A DNA stretch of 64,000 nt from assembly GCF_026210795.1 (NCBI RefSeq), contig NC_089432.1, forward strand, positions 3,968,001-4,032,000, written 5' to 3'. Positions 63,494 through 64,000 of this stretch are shown here, one piece after another. The position numbers and the translations under genes are program-made. This DNA is from Rhizophagus irregularis (taxonomy: Eukaryota). A model generated the notes under the pieces. That model had not been told where the DNA came from. It saw only the letters and a program-made list of their open reading frames with translations, and searched no databases. Positions within the stretch are counted from its first letter, which is position 1, and each line of letters opens with the position of its first letter.

Positions 63494-63555
<62 letters not shown>

Positions 63556-64000
63556 GAGAATAATAATAATAAAGAGAATAATAATAATAAAGAGAATAGT
63601 GAGAAGAAAGGTAAAAAGAAGAAGAAACGTTCTTCGAAGAAAAGTAAGACAAGAGCTGACTTCCCAGTTTCTGATGAAACTTCTACTACTAAAATTTCAC
63701 TTATTGGCCCTTCCTCATCTCATCATCAACTTGAACATGTCGTAAATGATCAAAGTTTGGAAGAAGCTAAATCCTTATTCACACCATATGAAGAAGTCGA
63801 AGAAAATATTGAAGAAGATGGTGAAGATGGTGAAAATGTTGATAGTGAATCATTCAAATTTACTCGAAAATTGAGAAGGCGTAGCAAGACAAGAGATAAG
63901 CTTCAAAAGGCCAAGGAACAATTTAGACAAAGTTACATGATAATAAAGAATCAATTAATAAAACAACCTTCATCAACTAGGAGAACTAAGAGTGAGAGTT
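61145..64000 (+). CDS. Host kinesin motor protein, kinesin-4 (KIF4/KIF21-like), multi-exon, runs off the window end
   Basis: [77 protein letters not shown]. Confidence 0.93.
63474..63598 (+). repeat. (AAT)n microsatellite encoding poly-Asn within the kinesin exon
   Basis: Read directly. Confidence 0.9.

Noticed and set aside
63455..63745. Poly-Ile ORF
   Set aside because: Alternative frame of the (AAT)n repeat inside the kinesin exon.

Overview
AT-rich, intron-containing eukaryotic DNA; the Crinkler-like genes, TE load and gene style suggest a fungus, probably Glomeromycota-like (inference). The main feature is one ~45-kb integrated element at 11675-56752 (about 38.2 kb without two nested hAT transposons). 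It has ~1.96-kb terminal inverted repeats, AG...CT ends, a 5-bp TSD (ATGTT) and a 49-bp palindrome at each tip, and it splits a host reading frame exactly. Like Maverick/Polinton elements it encodes a DDE/rve integrase and an A32-type packaging ATPase. Unlike them, I see no protein-primed PolB, jelly-roll capsid or adenain. Instead it carries an RNA-primed, asfarvirus/NCLDV-like family B polymerase, an AEP primase-UL9-like helicase fusion, a tyrosine recombinase/protelomerase-like protein, and a retrotransposon-type Gag plus aspartyl protease with no reverse transcriptase. It also carries F-box proteins fused to pieces of its own Gag and intron-bearing Crinkler/nuclease cargo. Both replication genes start inside the TIRs with the same N-terminal peptide. 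This copy is disabled by stops, frameshifts and hAT insertions. The flanks hold a decayed LINE, several MITEs, a Helitron and the 5' part of a host kinesin gene. All family assignments come from motif recognition by eye; no database searches were run.
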